This document shows, piece by piece, positions 21,391 through 41,480 of a DNA stretch of 64,000 bases (its first letter is position 1; the number at the start of each line of letters is the position of its first letter). The position numbers were made by a program, and so were the translations under genes. The stretch lies in the NCBI RefSeq assembly GCF_009914755.1, contig NC_060927.1; one strand, given 5' to 3'. The notes beneath the pieces are model-generated. The model had not been told where the DNA came from. It was given only the letters and a program-made list of their open reading frames with translations, and made no database searches. The DNA is from the human T2T-CHM13v2.0 reference genome, Homo sapiens.

Positions 21391-22296
21391 CTTTGTGGTT
21401 TTATCTACTTTTGGTCTTTGATGATGGTGATGTACAGATGGGTTTTCGGTGTAGATGTCCTTTCTGGTTGTTAGTTTTCCTTCTAACAGACAGGACCCTC
21501 AGCTGCAGGTCTGTTGGAATACCCTGCCGTGTGAGGTGTCAGTGTGCCCCTGCTGGGGGGTGCCTCCCAGTTAGGCTGCTCGGGGGTCAGGGGTCAGGGA
21601 CCCACTTGAGGAGGCAGTCTGCCCGTTCTCAGATCTCCAGCTGCGTGCTGGGAGAACCACTGCTCTCTGCAAAGCTGTCAGACAGGGACACTTAAGTCTG
21701 CAGAGGTTACTGCTGTCTTTTTGTTTGTCTGTGCCCTGCCCCTAGAGGTGGAGCCTACAGAGGCAGGCAGGCCTCCTTGAGCTGTGGTGGGCTCCACCCA
21801 GTTCGAGCTTCCCGGCTGCTTTGTTTACCTAAGCAAGCCTGGGCAATGGCGGGCGCCCCTCCCCCAGCCTGGTTGCCGCCTTGCAGTTTAATCTCAGACT
21901 GCTGTGCTAGCAATCAGCGAGATTCCGTGGGCGTAGGACCCTCTCAGCCAGGTGTGGGATATAGTCTTGTGGTGCGCCGTTTTTTAAGCCGGTCTGAAAA
22001 GTGCAATATTCGGGTGGCAGTGACCCGATTTTCCAGGTGCGTTCGTCACCCCTTTCTTTGACTCGGAAAGGGAACTCCCTGACCCCTTGCGCTTCCCAGG
22101 TGAGGCAATGCCTCGCCCTGCTTCGGCTCGCGCACGGTGCGCGCACACACTGGCCTGCGCCCACTGTCTGGCACTCCCTAGTGAGATGAACCCGGTACCT
22201 CAGATGGAAATGCAGAAATCACCCGTCTTCTGCGTAGCTCACGCTGGGAGCTGTAGACCGGAGCTGTTCCTATTCGGCCATCTTGGCTCCTCCCCC
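21391..22296 (-). promoter_or_regulatory. L1 5'UTR: internal sense promoter, antisense promoter, CpG-rich
   Basis: Complete 5'UTR; YY1 site ggccatctt at 22276-22284 intact. Confidence 0.85.
21846..22061 (+). CDS. L1 ORF0 (antisense 5'UTR ORF), 71 aa
   Basis: gcaATGg; MAGAPPPAWLPPCSLISDCC...RCVRHPFL*; splice donors after nt 106 (GT 21952) and nt 191 (GT 22037). Confidence 0.88.
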   Translation: MAGAPPPAWLPPCSLISDCCASNQRDSVGVGPSQPGVGYSLVVRRFLSRSEKCNIRVAVTRFSRCVRHPFL

Positions 22297-23112
22297 TGGA
22301 TCTGTGTTCTCATCTGAAAAAATAGGGTTGATATTACCTTCTTCCCAGGCTTACAGAAATTGAGAAATTGGCCACGTTGTGAAAAACGTGGGCCTTCCAC
22401 TTAGTAAAAAGCTCAGTCAAGAACAAGATTCTCTTTCCTCTTCACAGCCCATAAATGATAGATTCGTTTTATAAGTACGGGACAGCCAGCACGACTCCTG
22501 GCAGCATGCATTAAGAATGTGGTAACTCCGCTGAAATGCTTGGCTCTGGAATTTGGGTCTGCCTTCCTGGAAACTCAAGCCTGACCTTTCACTGGTGGCC
22601 GCCCAGAGACCCCTCATCCTTGTCTGGGAAATGGATAGTGGCACCACAGTTCACATTTCCCAGTACATTGCCATCCACAACCCTCTGGATCCCTTAAACA
22701 CATGCTAGCTGTCAAGAGAAGTAAAGGACAACAGAGTTTAGGACTGAAAAGTGCTGAGTCCAGGCATCTATGTTAACAAGTGAGGACATTTGTTAGCCAA
22801 GGACAAGTGCATATTGCTAGGCAATCAGAAGTTTTCCACTGAGCTGGTCCAGCACAGAGCTATAGCAATTTTTCTTATGTATATTTTCCTGAATGACTTT
22901 CAAAAGGCCTACAGCAGTGCAATCAGATGAAGGAGACTCACTAGTTAAGCCCACTGTCTCCCTATAATTAAGGCCACTATGAGGGGGAGAACCCAAATCT
23001 GATTTTGGAGCTTGTGCTAAGCCTAGAAAGCAAAGAAAAAGCCCTCTAGCGAGCAAAATAACACCTCTTTAAAAGCTAAATGTAATTTCAGAGTGCATCA
23101 GGTACACACCTA

Positions 23113-23790
<678 letters not shown>

Positions 23791-24183
23791 TATGCTGAAG
23801 AAGGTGTTTAGTCTCTGAGTGATGAGGTTAGCGATGGTGTGGGGTACAGGGAAGAGAAGGTCTTAGAGGTGAGAACATGTTACGGTTACTATCTTCTGTC
23901 CCTCTTTTCTTCGCCTTGTCATTAAATAGTGCAGAAAAAGAGTCAGCTTTTGGAAGTGTTTGAAAATAGCCTTTTAATGTTTTAGGCAGCTGACTATAAA
24001 CTCTTGTTCAGAGCGGACTTTGGACCAGAAAATGGAATCATCACCTGGGGAAAAGGGAAATTAAAGGCTGTTTTAATTATGTGAAGAAAAACATTGATAC
24101 AGTACTTTGCTGTTACTTAACGGTAATGCTATTTGCAGACTCCCTTACAATGAGGAAATCAGCCTTCTTAGGAAGGAAGAGGC

Positions 24184-24489
<306 letters not shown>

Positions 24490-25004
24490 TAAGGCACCTC
24501 AGAAAAGGATACCCTAATTAGAATGGAAGATTTGAAAGATGGTAGAATAAAGGATTTTCTATATGGAGTGTTTTTTGCCCACCCCAAAGCCACAGAGTAA
24601 ATTTTGTCTGCTCCTAAGGTTAATTATATTTCTGAAAGAAGTGATTAGTTGATGAGATGAATCCTGTATCCCCTCCACCACTCTTCACCGTATCCAAGTC
24701 TGGACTTCCCTTTGGTTTGGTTTTGTTTTCAGTGTAAGATGAGTGTCAAGTATCATTGTATAATATAAGTCAAATCTTAATTTAAATGTCTTTTTGTTGA
24801 TCAGCCTTGTCAATGGAAAAGTTAATTCTCTAAAAAAACTGAAAGAAAATATTTCAGGGTTTTCAGATTTTCTGTGCTAATTGAACTTATACTGATATAC
24901 CCACAAATAGCCAACTTAGCTGAGATTTGGCATATATGTTAAAAGTAAGAATGAATTAAAAGCATGTTGTGACACTGCTGGTAATGTAGATATACTTGGT
25001 ATAG

Positions 25005-25331
<327 letters not shown>

Positions 25332-25344
25332 CTATTGCAATGCT

Positions 25345-25510
25345 TTTTTACCTGGGGCCTGTGGATGGTCCTTAGAAGTTCTAATGAATGCCTTGGTATT
25401 GAAGGCAAGATTTTAGGTGTCTGTGCTTTTGTCACCGGAGAGGATTGGTAGCTTTCATCAGATTTTCAACAAAAGGGTCCGTGTCTCACAAAAAAGTTAA
25501 GAACCACAGA
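25345..25510. mobile_element. hAT-Charlie-like DNA transposon fragment
   Basis: ttcatcagatttt...gggtccgtgtctcacaaaaaagttaagaaccacag resembles a Charlie terminus. Confidence 0.45.
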
Positions 25511-25726
25511 CATTTGAACATACTCTGTACATTGGACTTAAAAAAAATTGATCAAAAGTAACTTACCCTAGCATCCATATCTTCTCTTTCCACTCTGAAA
25601 GGCTTAGAATATTAGATATTATAAGATGTACAACTTAACTTTCTATTTAGAATTTTAAATCCCAATGCAATGGCTATAAAAATTATTTCATGAATAAAGA
25701 AAGTCTGTAAAAATGAGACACAGTGG

Positions 25727-26022
<296 letters not shown>

Positions 26023-26081
26023 GAGACATATTGCTTTTGACTATGGGATGGTCTTAATAATGTGGATGAAAATTTTCCTGA

Positions 26082-26676
<595 letters not shown>

Positions 26677-26915
26677 TGACCGTTAAAATAAATATGTAGA
26701 TAAAAATTGCCAAGATATATTAAGACTGAGGTGCAGAGTAGTAATTTATAGCATGATGGGTTTTGTGTATGAATTTTTACTCAAACATATAGGTGATATA
26801 TGCAATTTTTTTCTAGAAAAATAAAGAGCTGTGGTTATCTTTACGGAATAGACTAGGACAGGGGAGGGAGGCTTTACTCTTCATTTTATTATTTCTATTA
26901 AAAATATTAACAGGG

Positions 26916-27373
26916 GGCCACTGCTGTGGTTCCTGCCTGTAGTCCCAGACTTGGGAGGCTGAGGTGGGAGGAGCTCAGGAGTTTGAGGCTGCAGTCAGCT
27001 GTGATGGTGACACTGCACTCCAGCCTGGGCAACACAGTAAGATCCTGTCTTAAAATATATATATATAAGCCGGGTGCAGTGGCTCATACCTGTAATCTCA
27101 GCACTTTGGGAGGCTGAGGCGGGCAGATCTCCTGAGTCCAGGAGTTAGAGACCAGCCTGGCCAACATGGTGAAACCCTGTCTCTACAAAAAATACAAAAA
27201 TTAGCCAGTTGTGGTGGTGTGAGCCTGTAATTCCAGCTACTCAGGAGGCTGAGACACGAGAATCGCTTAGCCCGGGAGGTGGAGGTTGCAGTGAGCCAAG
27301 ACTGTGTCACTGCACTCCAGCCTGGGCGACAGAGTGAGACCCTACCACAAACACACACAAAAAATTAAAAAAA
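26916..27373 (+). mobile_element. Alu monomer (26916-27055) plus Alu dimer (27068-27373)
   Basis: Two tandem plus-strand Alu units. Confidence 0.88.
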
Positions 27374-27377
27374 AATC

Positions 27378-27522
27378 ATATATATGAAGTATATAAAAAT
27401 ATATACTATATAAAAATATAACTATAAAAATGTATTTATGTATAATATATATTTTATGTAATATATAATATATATTGAAATATATATTAATATTATATAT
27501 TATTTATATATTAATATATATC
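27378..27522. repeat. AT-rich (TA)n-like low complexity
   Basis: Degenerate tatata tract. Confidence 0.85.
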
Positions 27523-28253
27523 TGTACAGCGGGATTATGTTTTGTTTTCTCTGTCATTTCCTCTTGAAAAACTAAAAATAATTTTAAAAATTGAAAGACT
27601 CTTGGGAAGAGGGTACTGTGTAGTTGTTAGGTGGGACTGTTATTAATGAAGAATAATCATAGCTGATTTAAGGCCTGATCATAGGAGAGTGTTTACAGGA
27701 AGATGCTGCCCAAGGATGAGGACGCATCACAGATTCATTCTCTGGGTCCCTTAAATAGAACAAACCCAGTGACAGTTTTCCTCCCCTAAGAAATCTGTGT
27801 CCCTGGCATGCTGTCCTGTGAGACCATGCTGCTGGATTTATTTGCAGCTAACTGCTTCATGCCAGCACCGCTGGAGAGCATTGCCCCAGCAACTGTCCCC
27901 TCTCCCAGTTTTCTCCCCTTTCCACTGGATCATTCTCTCCTCACATGCAGGCCTTCCCTAATTCTTGCCTTTCTCGCAGAAGTCTTTGCTTCTGCCTTTG
28001 TAAGTTGGGGTAATAATGATGTCTAGGGAGCCTGGTGCATAGTAAGTGACTCTAAAAATAAAAGCACTTATTACTGTTGTGCACTTGAAGTTAAAGGAGA
28101 AGTTTCTGGGTTCAGCCCCACAGTAGTACCCTCGGAGGGGTGACTGAGGCCTCTGATTCTTGGTAGGACAGGCACTGCTGGTGAGCTTGGGTGCCTAGCT
28201 CCTGCAAACACAGGGTTCCGCAGAGGCCTCATTTTCAGAAAACCCTGTGTTGA

Positions 28254-28656
<403 letters not shown>

Positions 28657-29199
28657 CCTTCCTGCTGTCTTAAGGCCCCAGGGCTGGGGCATCTCTGCTC
28701 TTCTTCATACTCACTCTCCAGGGGCCCTCTTCCAGTCTCAGGGGCTTAAACCCCATACACATATATGGCATCAACTCCTAAATTTGGACCTTTCCTCTGA
28801 TTCCAGAGCTAATCTATTCATCTACTCTTGGATGTCTAATATGCAATACAAAATCAACACGACCAAAACAGGACTCCCGAGTCACCACACCTTCCTGTCC
28901 TTCAACTTGCTCATCCCATAGCCTTCCCTCTAGTGGCTCAGACCAAACATTTTGTCGTCATGCTTTACTTCTCTGTTTTTCTCACTCCCTGTATTGCATA
29001 TATCAGCAAATCCTCTTGGTCCTCCCTTCAAAATATATCCAGAATCTGACCCCTTCTCATGATCACAGCTACCCCCTTGTCTAAGCCCCTTTAGCTCTTG
29101 TCTGGGTAATTGCAATAAACTCCTCATTGATGTCCATGCTACCATCCCGTAACAGAGTATTCTGAGCAGCTCAAGAGATCACTTTATTTTTATTTTTGA

Positions 29200-30150
<951 letters not shown>

Positions 30151-30590
30151 CAAAGAGATCATTTTGAAACATAAGTCAGATCATGTCTCTCTTCTGCTTG
30201 AAATCCTTCAATGGATCCCCATTTGTTGAGAATAAAAGCCCAAGTCCTAAAGCCCTACACGATGTACCCTCTTCTCACTCTGTCACACTCACCTCCTCTG
30301 CTCTCTGCCTTGATGTCTCTGATTTGGCCACGCTGGCCTCTTTGCTATTCCTTATAGATGACACACGTGTTCTCAGCCCAAGGCCATTGCACTTACTGTT
30401 CTTTCTGCCTAGAATGCTCTTCCTCCAGGTCTCACCTTCTTGTCTTCCAGTTTTGTGTTTATATGCCACCTAATCCATGAAGCCTGCTCTGACAACCCCA
30501 TTTACAATAGCAATGAACACCCAACTTTTTCCCCCGCATTTCCTATGCCACTTTCTCTGTTTTGCCTTTTCCTAAAGTGCTTACCATCTG

Positions 30591-30662
30591 ACACATACAT
30601 ACATAAGTATATGCATGCACATATGCATACATGTATGCACACATGTATACACACATGTATGT
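30591..30662. repeat. Alternating purine-pyrimidine (CATA/CACATG) repeat
   Basis: acacatacatacat...atgcatgcacatatgcatacatgtatgcacacatgtatac. Confidence 0.85.
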
Positions 30663-31650
30663 AGAGCTACTCGCTTGTCTGTTGTCTGTCTTCCTCATGA
30701 GCGTGTCAGCTTCATGATTATGGGAGCTTTATTTTGTTCCCTGCTGTATTCCTGGTGCCTAGAATAGTGGCACATTATAGGCTGTCAATATATATTCACT
30801 GAATGAGTGAATGAGTGAATTAACTGTCTAAATACTTCTTTCCCCCCCAAGGCAAGTGGCAGGAGCGGAAATTTTAAAGCATTATTTTGTTTGCCTTCTG
30901 CTTGATGTTAGCTGGCCAGCTGGTTATCCTGTGAATCGGGAGGAGCCTTCTGATTCCTTTCCAAAACTTAGGCTGGTCAGGGACCACACAGTTCCTCCAA
31001 GTTATGGGCTCACAGGGATTCTCATGGGACATTTAGTCAGCACATCTTCCCCTTTGATCTCCCACAGCATACTTGGGGAGTCAACATTTATGCCTATCTG
31101 TGAGCCTGGCCCACAGCCTGCCTTCCCTTCAGATGTATCAATGTTTGGCTTTTGGGTAGAGATGCCAAACAAGGAAAAGAAGATTGTTATTTGGGCTAGG
31201 AATTACTTCCAAAAGCCAAATGTGAGAGAAGTGCTACCACAAAGGTTAGCACACACAAATAGCCTGAAAACTGGCTGGAACAATTCTGCTTGCTACAAAT
31301 AGAGATGAAAAGACATTTCTAAATGTAGTCCCAAACAATCAGACTGCCAGAATTGGAAGGGCATTCCTTTCCCTCCCTCCTTTTTTCCCTCCCTTCTTTC
31401 CTTTCTTCCTCTCTCAAAGAGGACACCAAGGGCCAGTGAAACGAGACGAATCTCCAGGGTCACACAGTTAGTGGCAGAGTCAGAGCCAAAACTCAGGTTT
31501 CCTAATTCTTACTCTTTACAATATACTATTGTGGTGCCTTCCCAGTAAGCAGGGGAATAGTAAGAAAAAATTTCAATTAAATATACTGGAGAAGTTAATT
31601 GCTTAGTTCTCAAAAAGCTCAGTGCTAGTGAACAGCTAGCCAGAGTGTCA

Positions 31651-31995
<345 letters not shown>

Positions 31996-32299
31996 TTAAT
32001 GGTATAACAATATATCTATATTTATATATATCTTTGTAATAGATAAATATATAGAATGCACATAAAATTTGGAATACTCATTCTCAGTCAGGATACACAG
32101 ATTCTCCAAGGAAGCTACTTAGACATGGTGCCTAGAAGTCCTGGAAGTCAAATCCATGATTTGACTCCAATGACTACATCCTATACCATCATGTGATAGA
32201 AGATAAGACTAAAATATATTTTTTGTATTTTCTTTATATTTTTGTGACCTTTGTAACCAGGGAGCTTTGGCATGATAGTCATCTTAAATAAATCAAAAC

Positions 32300-33800
32300 A
32301 TGATTTAATAAAAATGCCATTTTACAAAACTATAACTCTTAGCAGGAAACATAGGTGTAAATCTTCATGACGTTGGAGTAGGCAACAGTTCCTTAAACAT
32401 GACACCAAAGGCATAAGCAACAAAAGAAGAAACAGGTCAATTAAACTTTATCAAAATAAAAAACTTCTGTGCAGAAAAGGACTATCAAGAAAGCAAGAAG
32501 CCTGGGCATGGTGGCTCATCCCTATAATCCCAGCACTTTGGGATCCTGAGGTGAGAGGATCACGTGAAGCCAGGAGTTTGAAACCAATGTGGGTAACTTA
32601 GTGAGACCTCATCTCTGCAAAACATTGTTTTTAAATTTAAAAATTAGCCTGGCATGGTGGTGTGCCTGTAGTCCCAGCTATTCAGGAGGCTGAGGTGGGA
32701 GGATCACTTGAGCCCGGGAGGTTGAGGCTGCAGTGAGTCGTGATCACACCACCTCTGCACTGCAGCCTGGGGACCCTGTCTCAAAAAAAAAAAAAAAAAG
32801 ACAACTCACAGAATGGGAGAAAACATTTGTAAATAAAATATTTGTAAATCTTATCTCTGATTAGGATCTAGTATCCAAAATATATTTAAACAACTCATAA
32901 AAGAATAAAAAGACAACTGCATTTAAAAATGGGCAAAGAATCTGAACAGACATTTCTCCAAAGCAGATATACAGATGGCCAATAAGAACATAAAATGATG
33001 CTCAACATCATTAGTCATTAGGGAAATAAATCAAAACCACAGTAAGATACTACTTCACACCCACTGGGATGGCTATGATGAAAAAAAAAAAGAAACACCA
33101 GAAAATAAGTGTTAGCAAGGATGTCGAGAAATTAGAACACTCATAACATTGCTGGTGGGAAGGCAAAATCCTCAGCCACTTCAGGAAACAGTCTGGGAGT
33201 TCCTTATAAGGTTAAACAGTTACCTTATAACCCAGAAATTCCATTCCTAAGTATATACTCAAGACAACCGAAAACATACATTCACACAAGAACTTGTGCA
33301 TGAATGCTCATAACAGCATTACTCATAACAGCATTACTTATGAATGCTCATAACAGCATTACTCACAATAGTCAAAAGAAGGAAACAACCCAAATGGCCA
33401 CCAGCTGATGAATGGAGAAACAAAATGTGGCACACAGTGGAATATTATTTAGCCATAAAAAGAAACGAAATACCGATGCATGCTAGAACGTGAATGAACC
33501 TTGAAAACATTATGCTAAGCTAGAGAAGCCAGACAGAAAGGGCCACATACTGTATGATTAAATTTATAGGAAATATCCAGAATAGGCAAATCCAGAGAGA
33601 CAAAGTAGATTAGTGATTGACGGGGGATGGGTGGAGGGAGGAATTGGGAGCACCTGCTAACAGGTATAGGGTTAATTCTTGGTGTGATAGAAATGTTCTG
33701 CAGTTAGATGGTGGTGATGGTTGTATAACTCCATGAATTTGCCACTGAATTATACATTTCAAAATGTTTAAAATGGTGAAAATTTTATCTCAATAAAAAT
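32300..33800 (+). mobile_element. L1MB-like 3' portion (with AluJ at 32499-32799)
   Basis: Degenerate ORF2 C-terminus (gacatttctccaaa...) and 3'UTR ending ttttatctcaataaa. Confidence 0.8.
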
Positions 33801-33855
33801 AGTATTCTACAAGCTTTAAGTGATACATATATTTGAATCATCTAATTTAAATTAA

Positions 33856-34166
<311 letters not shown>

Positions 34167-34394
34167 TTCTGTGTTCTTTATTGCAAGCAAGCTTTGTTTC
34201 TTTTTTATAGTCTGTCAGGGTTTGATTTTGAGGCAACTCCAGGTTGGGGTTTGGGCATATGCTTGTTGAATTTTATGTGGTTGTTATACCTCACCTCCTG
34301 CCCAGCTAGTTTATAGTCTCACTTTCAGAAGATAGTAAGGGAATCTGGCCATCACTAAAATCATGTCTACCTAATGGCAAAACATTTGGTGAAT

Positions 34395-34635
34395 TTCATT
34401 TAAAAAATCAAGCTGCAAAAACTAGACTCTTAGAAGTCAAGATTGTGGTTGCCCTTGGTGGGGGGATGCAGATGATAATAATTTGTAAGGAAACATGAGG
34501 GAGGTTTCTGCAGTGCTAGGGATATTCTATTTTGCTGGATGCTGGTTACAGGGGTGTGTTTGATTTGTGAAAATTCATCTTGTGGTACACTTACACAATG
34601 TGCACTGTTCTGCATGTTTGTTATACTTCAATACC
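34395..34635 (+). mobile_element. L1ME-like 3' end
   Basis: ttagaagtcaagattgtggtt...tttgtgaaaattcatc...ttatacttcaata. Confidence 0.6.
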
Positions 34636-35339
34636 AAGTTCATAATTCAATTCAACCTCCAGATAGGTATGTATGATATCAACAAATTGGTGTAATTAAC
34701 TGGGTACCAGAGTTCACTAACTTGGCCTGCTGCCTTAGAGATGACACCCAGCCATGGCCATGGATTCCAAAAGGTTTTGTTTCCATGGACAGCTGCGTAG
34801 GTCAGAGCTCTGCACCAGGGCCCTGTCATCCTCACCATCTCCTAACAATGGATTTCAACAGCAAGGCCATGGCTCAGCTGTGCCTCCTATGTATTGGGGC
34901 TGCTGGAATGTAAACCCCCTGGAGGAGGCGATGCTCTGAGTCAGGAGTAGCACTACCAGGCAGGTGTGCCCCACTCCCTGCTCTGCCACTGGTGCCAGAC
35001 CCCCAGAAGCTACCATGGAGCTTGCCCTTTCCACCTGGACCCAGAGATGTCATGGTGGGTGCCCATGACAAACTGACCCAACTGGTATTCTAGTGGCCTC
35101 AGGCCCACAATACTAGATCTAAAGTATTCCATGCTAAATGTATTTCAGCATTAAGGTATTTTTGAATTTTAGAAAGGTGATACATTGCATTTAGTATATG
35201 TTATACCATACTGCCAACATGGTCTGGGGTAGCTTTCTGTAATCAGACAGTGATGAATTTTTCCACTAAAGGGAATGAAGACTACAAATAGTCTCATTTC
35301 AATTCAGTCCAATGTGTGCTACTAAATGAGTTTGTGTCA

Positions 35340-35654
<315 letters not shown>

Positions 35655-36391
35655 TCAGAGTTTGGGGATTTTGGAATTGCTCATAAGAGAGAACATGAGT
35701 CTGTCTCAGTCAATTTCACCACTAAATAAATGAGTTTCAGTTCTTTCTCGACAGAGGTTCATGGGCAGAGGTGCTGAGTGGCACCTCTGGGGAAAGGTTT
35801 ACTATGGGGAGGAATTTCACAATTAGCTCAGGTTCCGGCTATGCCTCTAGGTCGGTTAACGTAGGTGGATGAGTGGCAAGATGATAACCTTGAAGGGACA
35901 GAGATGCCTGGGTTGCACAATCCTTTTTTGGATTCTACTCTCCTCTGTAGCACCTGCTAAGCTGTCAATGCTTGTTAACATTTCATTGATTTCTGTAGCA
36001 CATTAGGGCCTTCCTGGAGTGTTCAACCATAGCCAAGTTTATAATGTAAAATTTCTGGAGGCTAATATTTATCTAAATTAAGTTAATTATAGGGATGATA
36101 AAGCTCACTGAGACATGTGTTTTGAAGAGATTAGAGTTGAATTTCCTAAACAAGAAGCAAGGGAAACCTTTCCTAGAAAATCAATTTGCCATCCTTCATG
36201 CTGATCATTTATGAGACATAAGTTCACTGTGGGAATGGCTTCTAAATGCCTCTGTTCAGAACCCTCTATTGGAGTGAGAGGGGAATAAAGAGACAAATCT
36301 CAGTTCACACTGGGAAAGTGTTCCCCTGCAGTCCCAAACATAAATCTTGGTGTAAACTCTTTAAAAGGAGCAGTAAAGAAGGTGATGGTAA

Positions 36392-37384
<993 letters not shown>

Positions 37385-37565
37385 TCTCTAAAGTTTATAG
37401 TCTGGTGAAGTAGACAAATAAATTCAGTAGTTGTGTATGTACAGTGAGGTAAGTTTCTAAATCTTGGGATAGAAGTATTCATAAAGTGTTATGGGAGCAG
37501 AGAGGGGATATCCAAATCAGCCCGAGTTAGAAGTAGGGAGAGCTTCTAATGAAAAATAATGCTGC

Positions 37566-37859
37566 TTCTTTTTTTTTTTGAGATGGAGTCTCACTCTGTT
37601 GCCCAGACTGGAGTGCAATGGTGCGATCTTGGCTCACAGCAACCTCCGCTTCCTGGGTTCAAGCACTTCTCCTGCCTCAACCTCCTGAGTGGCTGGGATT
37701 ATAGGCACCTGCCACTATGCCCATCTAATTTTTGTATTTTTACTAGACATGGGGTTTTGCCATGTTGACCAGGCTGGTCTTGAACTCCTGACCTCAGGTG
37801 ATCCGCTGCCTTGGCCTCCCAAATTGCTGGGATTACAGGTGTGAGTCATTGCACCCAGC
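37566..37859 (-). mobile_element. AluS
   Basis: Dimer; TSD aaaat(a/g)atgct. Confidence 0.92.
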
Positions 37860-38409
37860 GAAAATGATGCTTTTGAATTGACTTTTATCTTGTTGCCTAA
37901 CATTTTAAAAAATTTAAATAAAATGCACAGATTGTGATATAGCTCAATGAATTTTGACAAATGTATACATCCATATTGACACCACCTCAATGGAGATATA
38001 AATCATAATCATTTTCATCAATACGGAAAGTTCCTTTGTGCTTCTTTCCAGCCAGTATCGCACCCCCAGCCACCTCCTCAGTGGCCACCAGATGAATTGC
38101 CTTTGGCCCGGGCATTTACAATTGGAAGGAGTGGTGGAAGGGCAGGTCCATGGAGGGAGCAGTGTACAAAGGCATGGATGTGTGAGAGATTGTGGCACGT
38201 GTGAGAGACCTCCAGCCCTCTGATCTCATCTTGTTGGGCTGAGGGCAAGTCGTCTTTGTTAAATGAATGTTTGACAGAGATGAGGCTAAGTGCCAGGTCA
38301 CCAAGGGATGGGACATCAAGCAACTTGACTTTCATCCTGTAAGACAAAGCGGGCCATGGAAGGGTTTCAGGCAGGGTAGTGGTCTTCATGGTATACTAAG
38401 ACATTGATT

Positions 38410-38580
38410 TAATTAATTAATTAATTATTTTAGAGACAGGGTCTTGCTCTGTCACCCAATCTGGAGTGCAGTGGTGCAGTCATAGCTCACTGAAGTCCTT
38501 AACTCCTAAGGCTCAAGTGATTCTCCCACCTTAGCCTCCCAAGTAGCTCGGACTACAGGTGTGCACCATCATGCTCAGCT
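38410..38580 (-). mobile_element. Alu right monomer (FRAM-like)
   Basis: Single arm, (aatt)n tail. Confidence 0.8.
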
Positions 38581-39489
38581 TAAATGACCTTTTAAGCAGA
38601 GAAAACTTAAATGTCTCACTTGTCCTATGAACTATATAAAATTATCAGAAAGGTGCTTAAATTGTGATAAATTTTTTTCTGGTTAAGCTGTGACTCCAGA
38701 CAGTATCTACAGAGGAGTTTTACAATCTCGTCTCTGGGTTTTATGGAGAATTACTTTAGCTTTCTGTGTTAGTCTCTTAAAGAACTATGAACTTGCATTT
38801 TAAAGTTCAAATGGTTAAAACATTTTGAGGGCAAAGTTCTATTTTATTGGTAGGAAACTGTTAAATTCATTCTTCTGTAAAAGATAGTAATCAGTCCTTT
38901 TATGTGAGGAGGGACAAATATTTAATTAAAAAATACTGCTTGACATCAAACAATTGATCAAATATTTCAATGAAGACAGAGTTTTATGCTCAGTGATAGT
39001 GTTGGATGACGTCTGCATTTAAAATGCTCTTTCATATTAATTCAATATGTCATTGATCTCTGTCTTTGATTTACACAAAGGAGTCAGAGATTATTCTTTT
39101 CTGTAGGGAGAATCTCAAAAGCAGAATCTGAACTGACACTACAGAAGATATGAAATAAGACTCATTAGGACTTTTTGAGAGAGTGTTGTTTGGTGCAGTG
39201 TCTTCTGACTGAATTGATAGTTCATTTGCTTTTGAGATATAAAAGGGAAAAACAGTTACCTGAAAGAAACTTCCAGTCCCTGGAGCAAGGTGGCCTACCT
39301 TTGGAAGTTCGTAGTCTAATGTTGACTGGTTGGTTTTGGGAATTGCTTCTGCCACCTTTCACCAAAGGAAACATTAGAATGCAAATTTGTTTTTAAAATT
39401 ACATTGTTTTTCATACTTTGAAAAGTGAACTTGGATGAGTAACACTGGGTCTCAGTATTTTTATGCAAAAATTAAAGGGGTATAGACAA

Positions 39490-40850
<1,361 letters not shown>

Positions 40851-41249
40851 GGGGAGAGAATGAAGTTAGCCTGAGAAAAATATTTTTAAACTGTTTAGTC
40901 ACAATATATGGTGGTAATATTGTTATTGTTATTCTGAAATTGCCATACAATCCTTATAGGTTAGCACAAATGATGGGATATTCCAATCCTGTCATCCTCC
41001 GGGTCCTTGAGAACCAGGATTCTTGGTATGAAAGTGCCTAGTAACAATGGGAAAGCAGCCATAGTGCCTAGATTATGGTCTTGAAATACCGTGTTCTGCT
41101 AAAGCAAACCTGGGCTGCTTGGAGAAATGGCTAATTCCAAATCTGGAATAGGAAATGTAGGAGATGAACTGGAATATCTTGACCTACCACACAGTAGAGA
41201 AGTTATCAAAGACTACTAGAGTCATGGGCAGAAGATTCTTAAAATTATT

Positions 41250-41369
41250 TTGAAGAGAGAGGGTCTCCCTATGTTGCCCAGGCTGATCTCAAACTCTTGG
41301 GCTCAAGTGATGTTCCCACCTTGGCCTCCCAAAGTGCTGGGACTACAGGTGTGAGCTCTGCATCTGGCC
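41250..41369 (-). mobile_element. Alu left monomer (FLAM-like)
   Basis: Single arm within an old L1MC/ME 3' region. Confidence 0.8.
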
Positions 41370-41480
41370 TTTCAGGGGCCATTTTGAAGAGCCTTCCACA
41401 GGTTAAAAAGGAAACAATTTCTGCCCTAATGAGGATAATGTTTAAATATTTGTAAATCCATGAGTTTATAATAATCTTTG

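Noticed and set aside
30856-31302. 148-aa ORF in unique sequence
   Set aside because: GTG start, no recognisable domain, no convincing splice context
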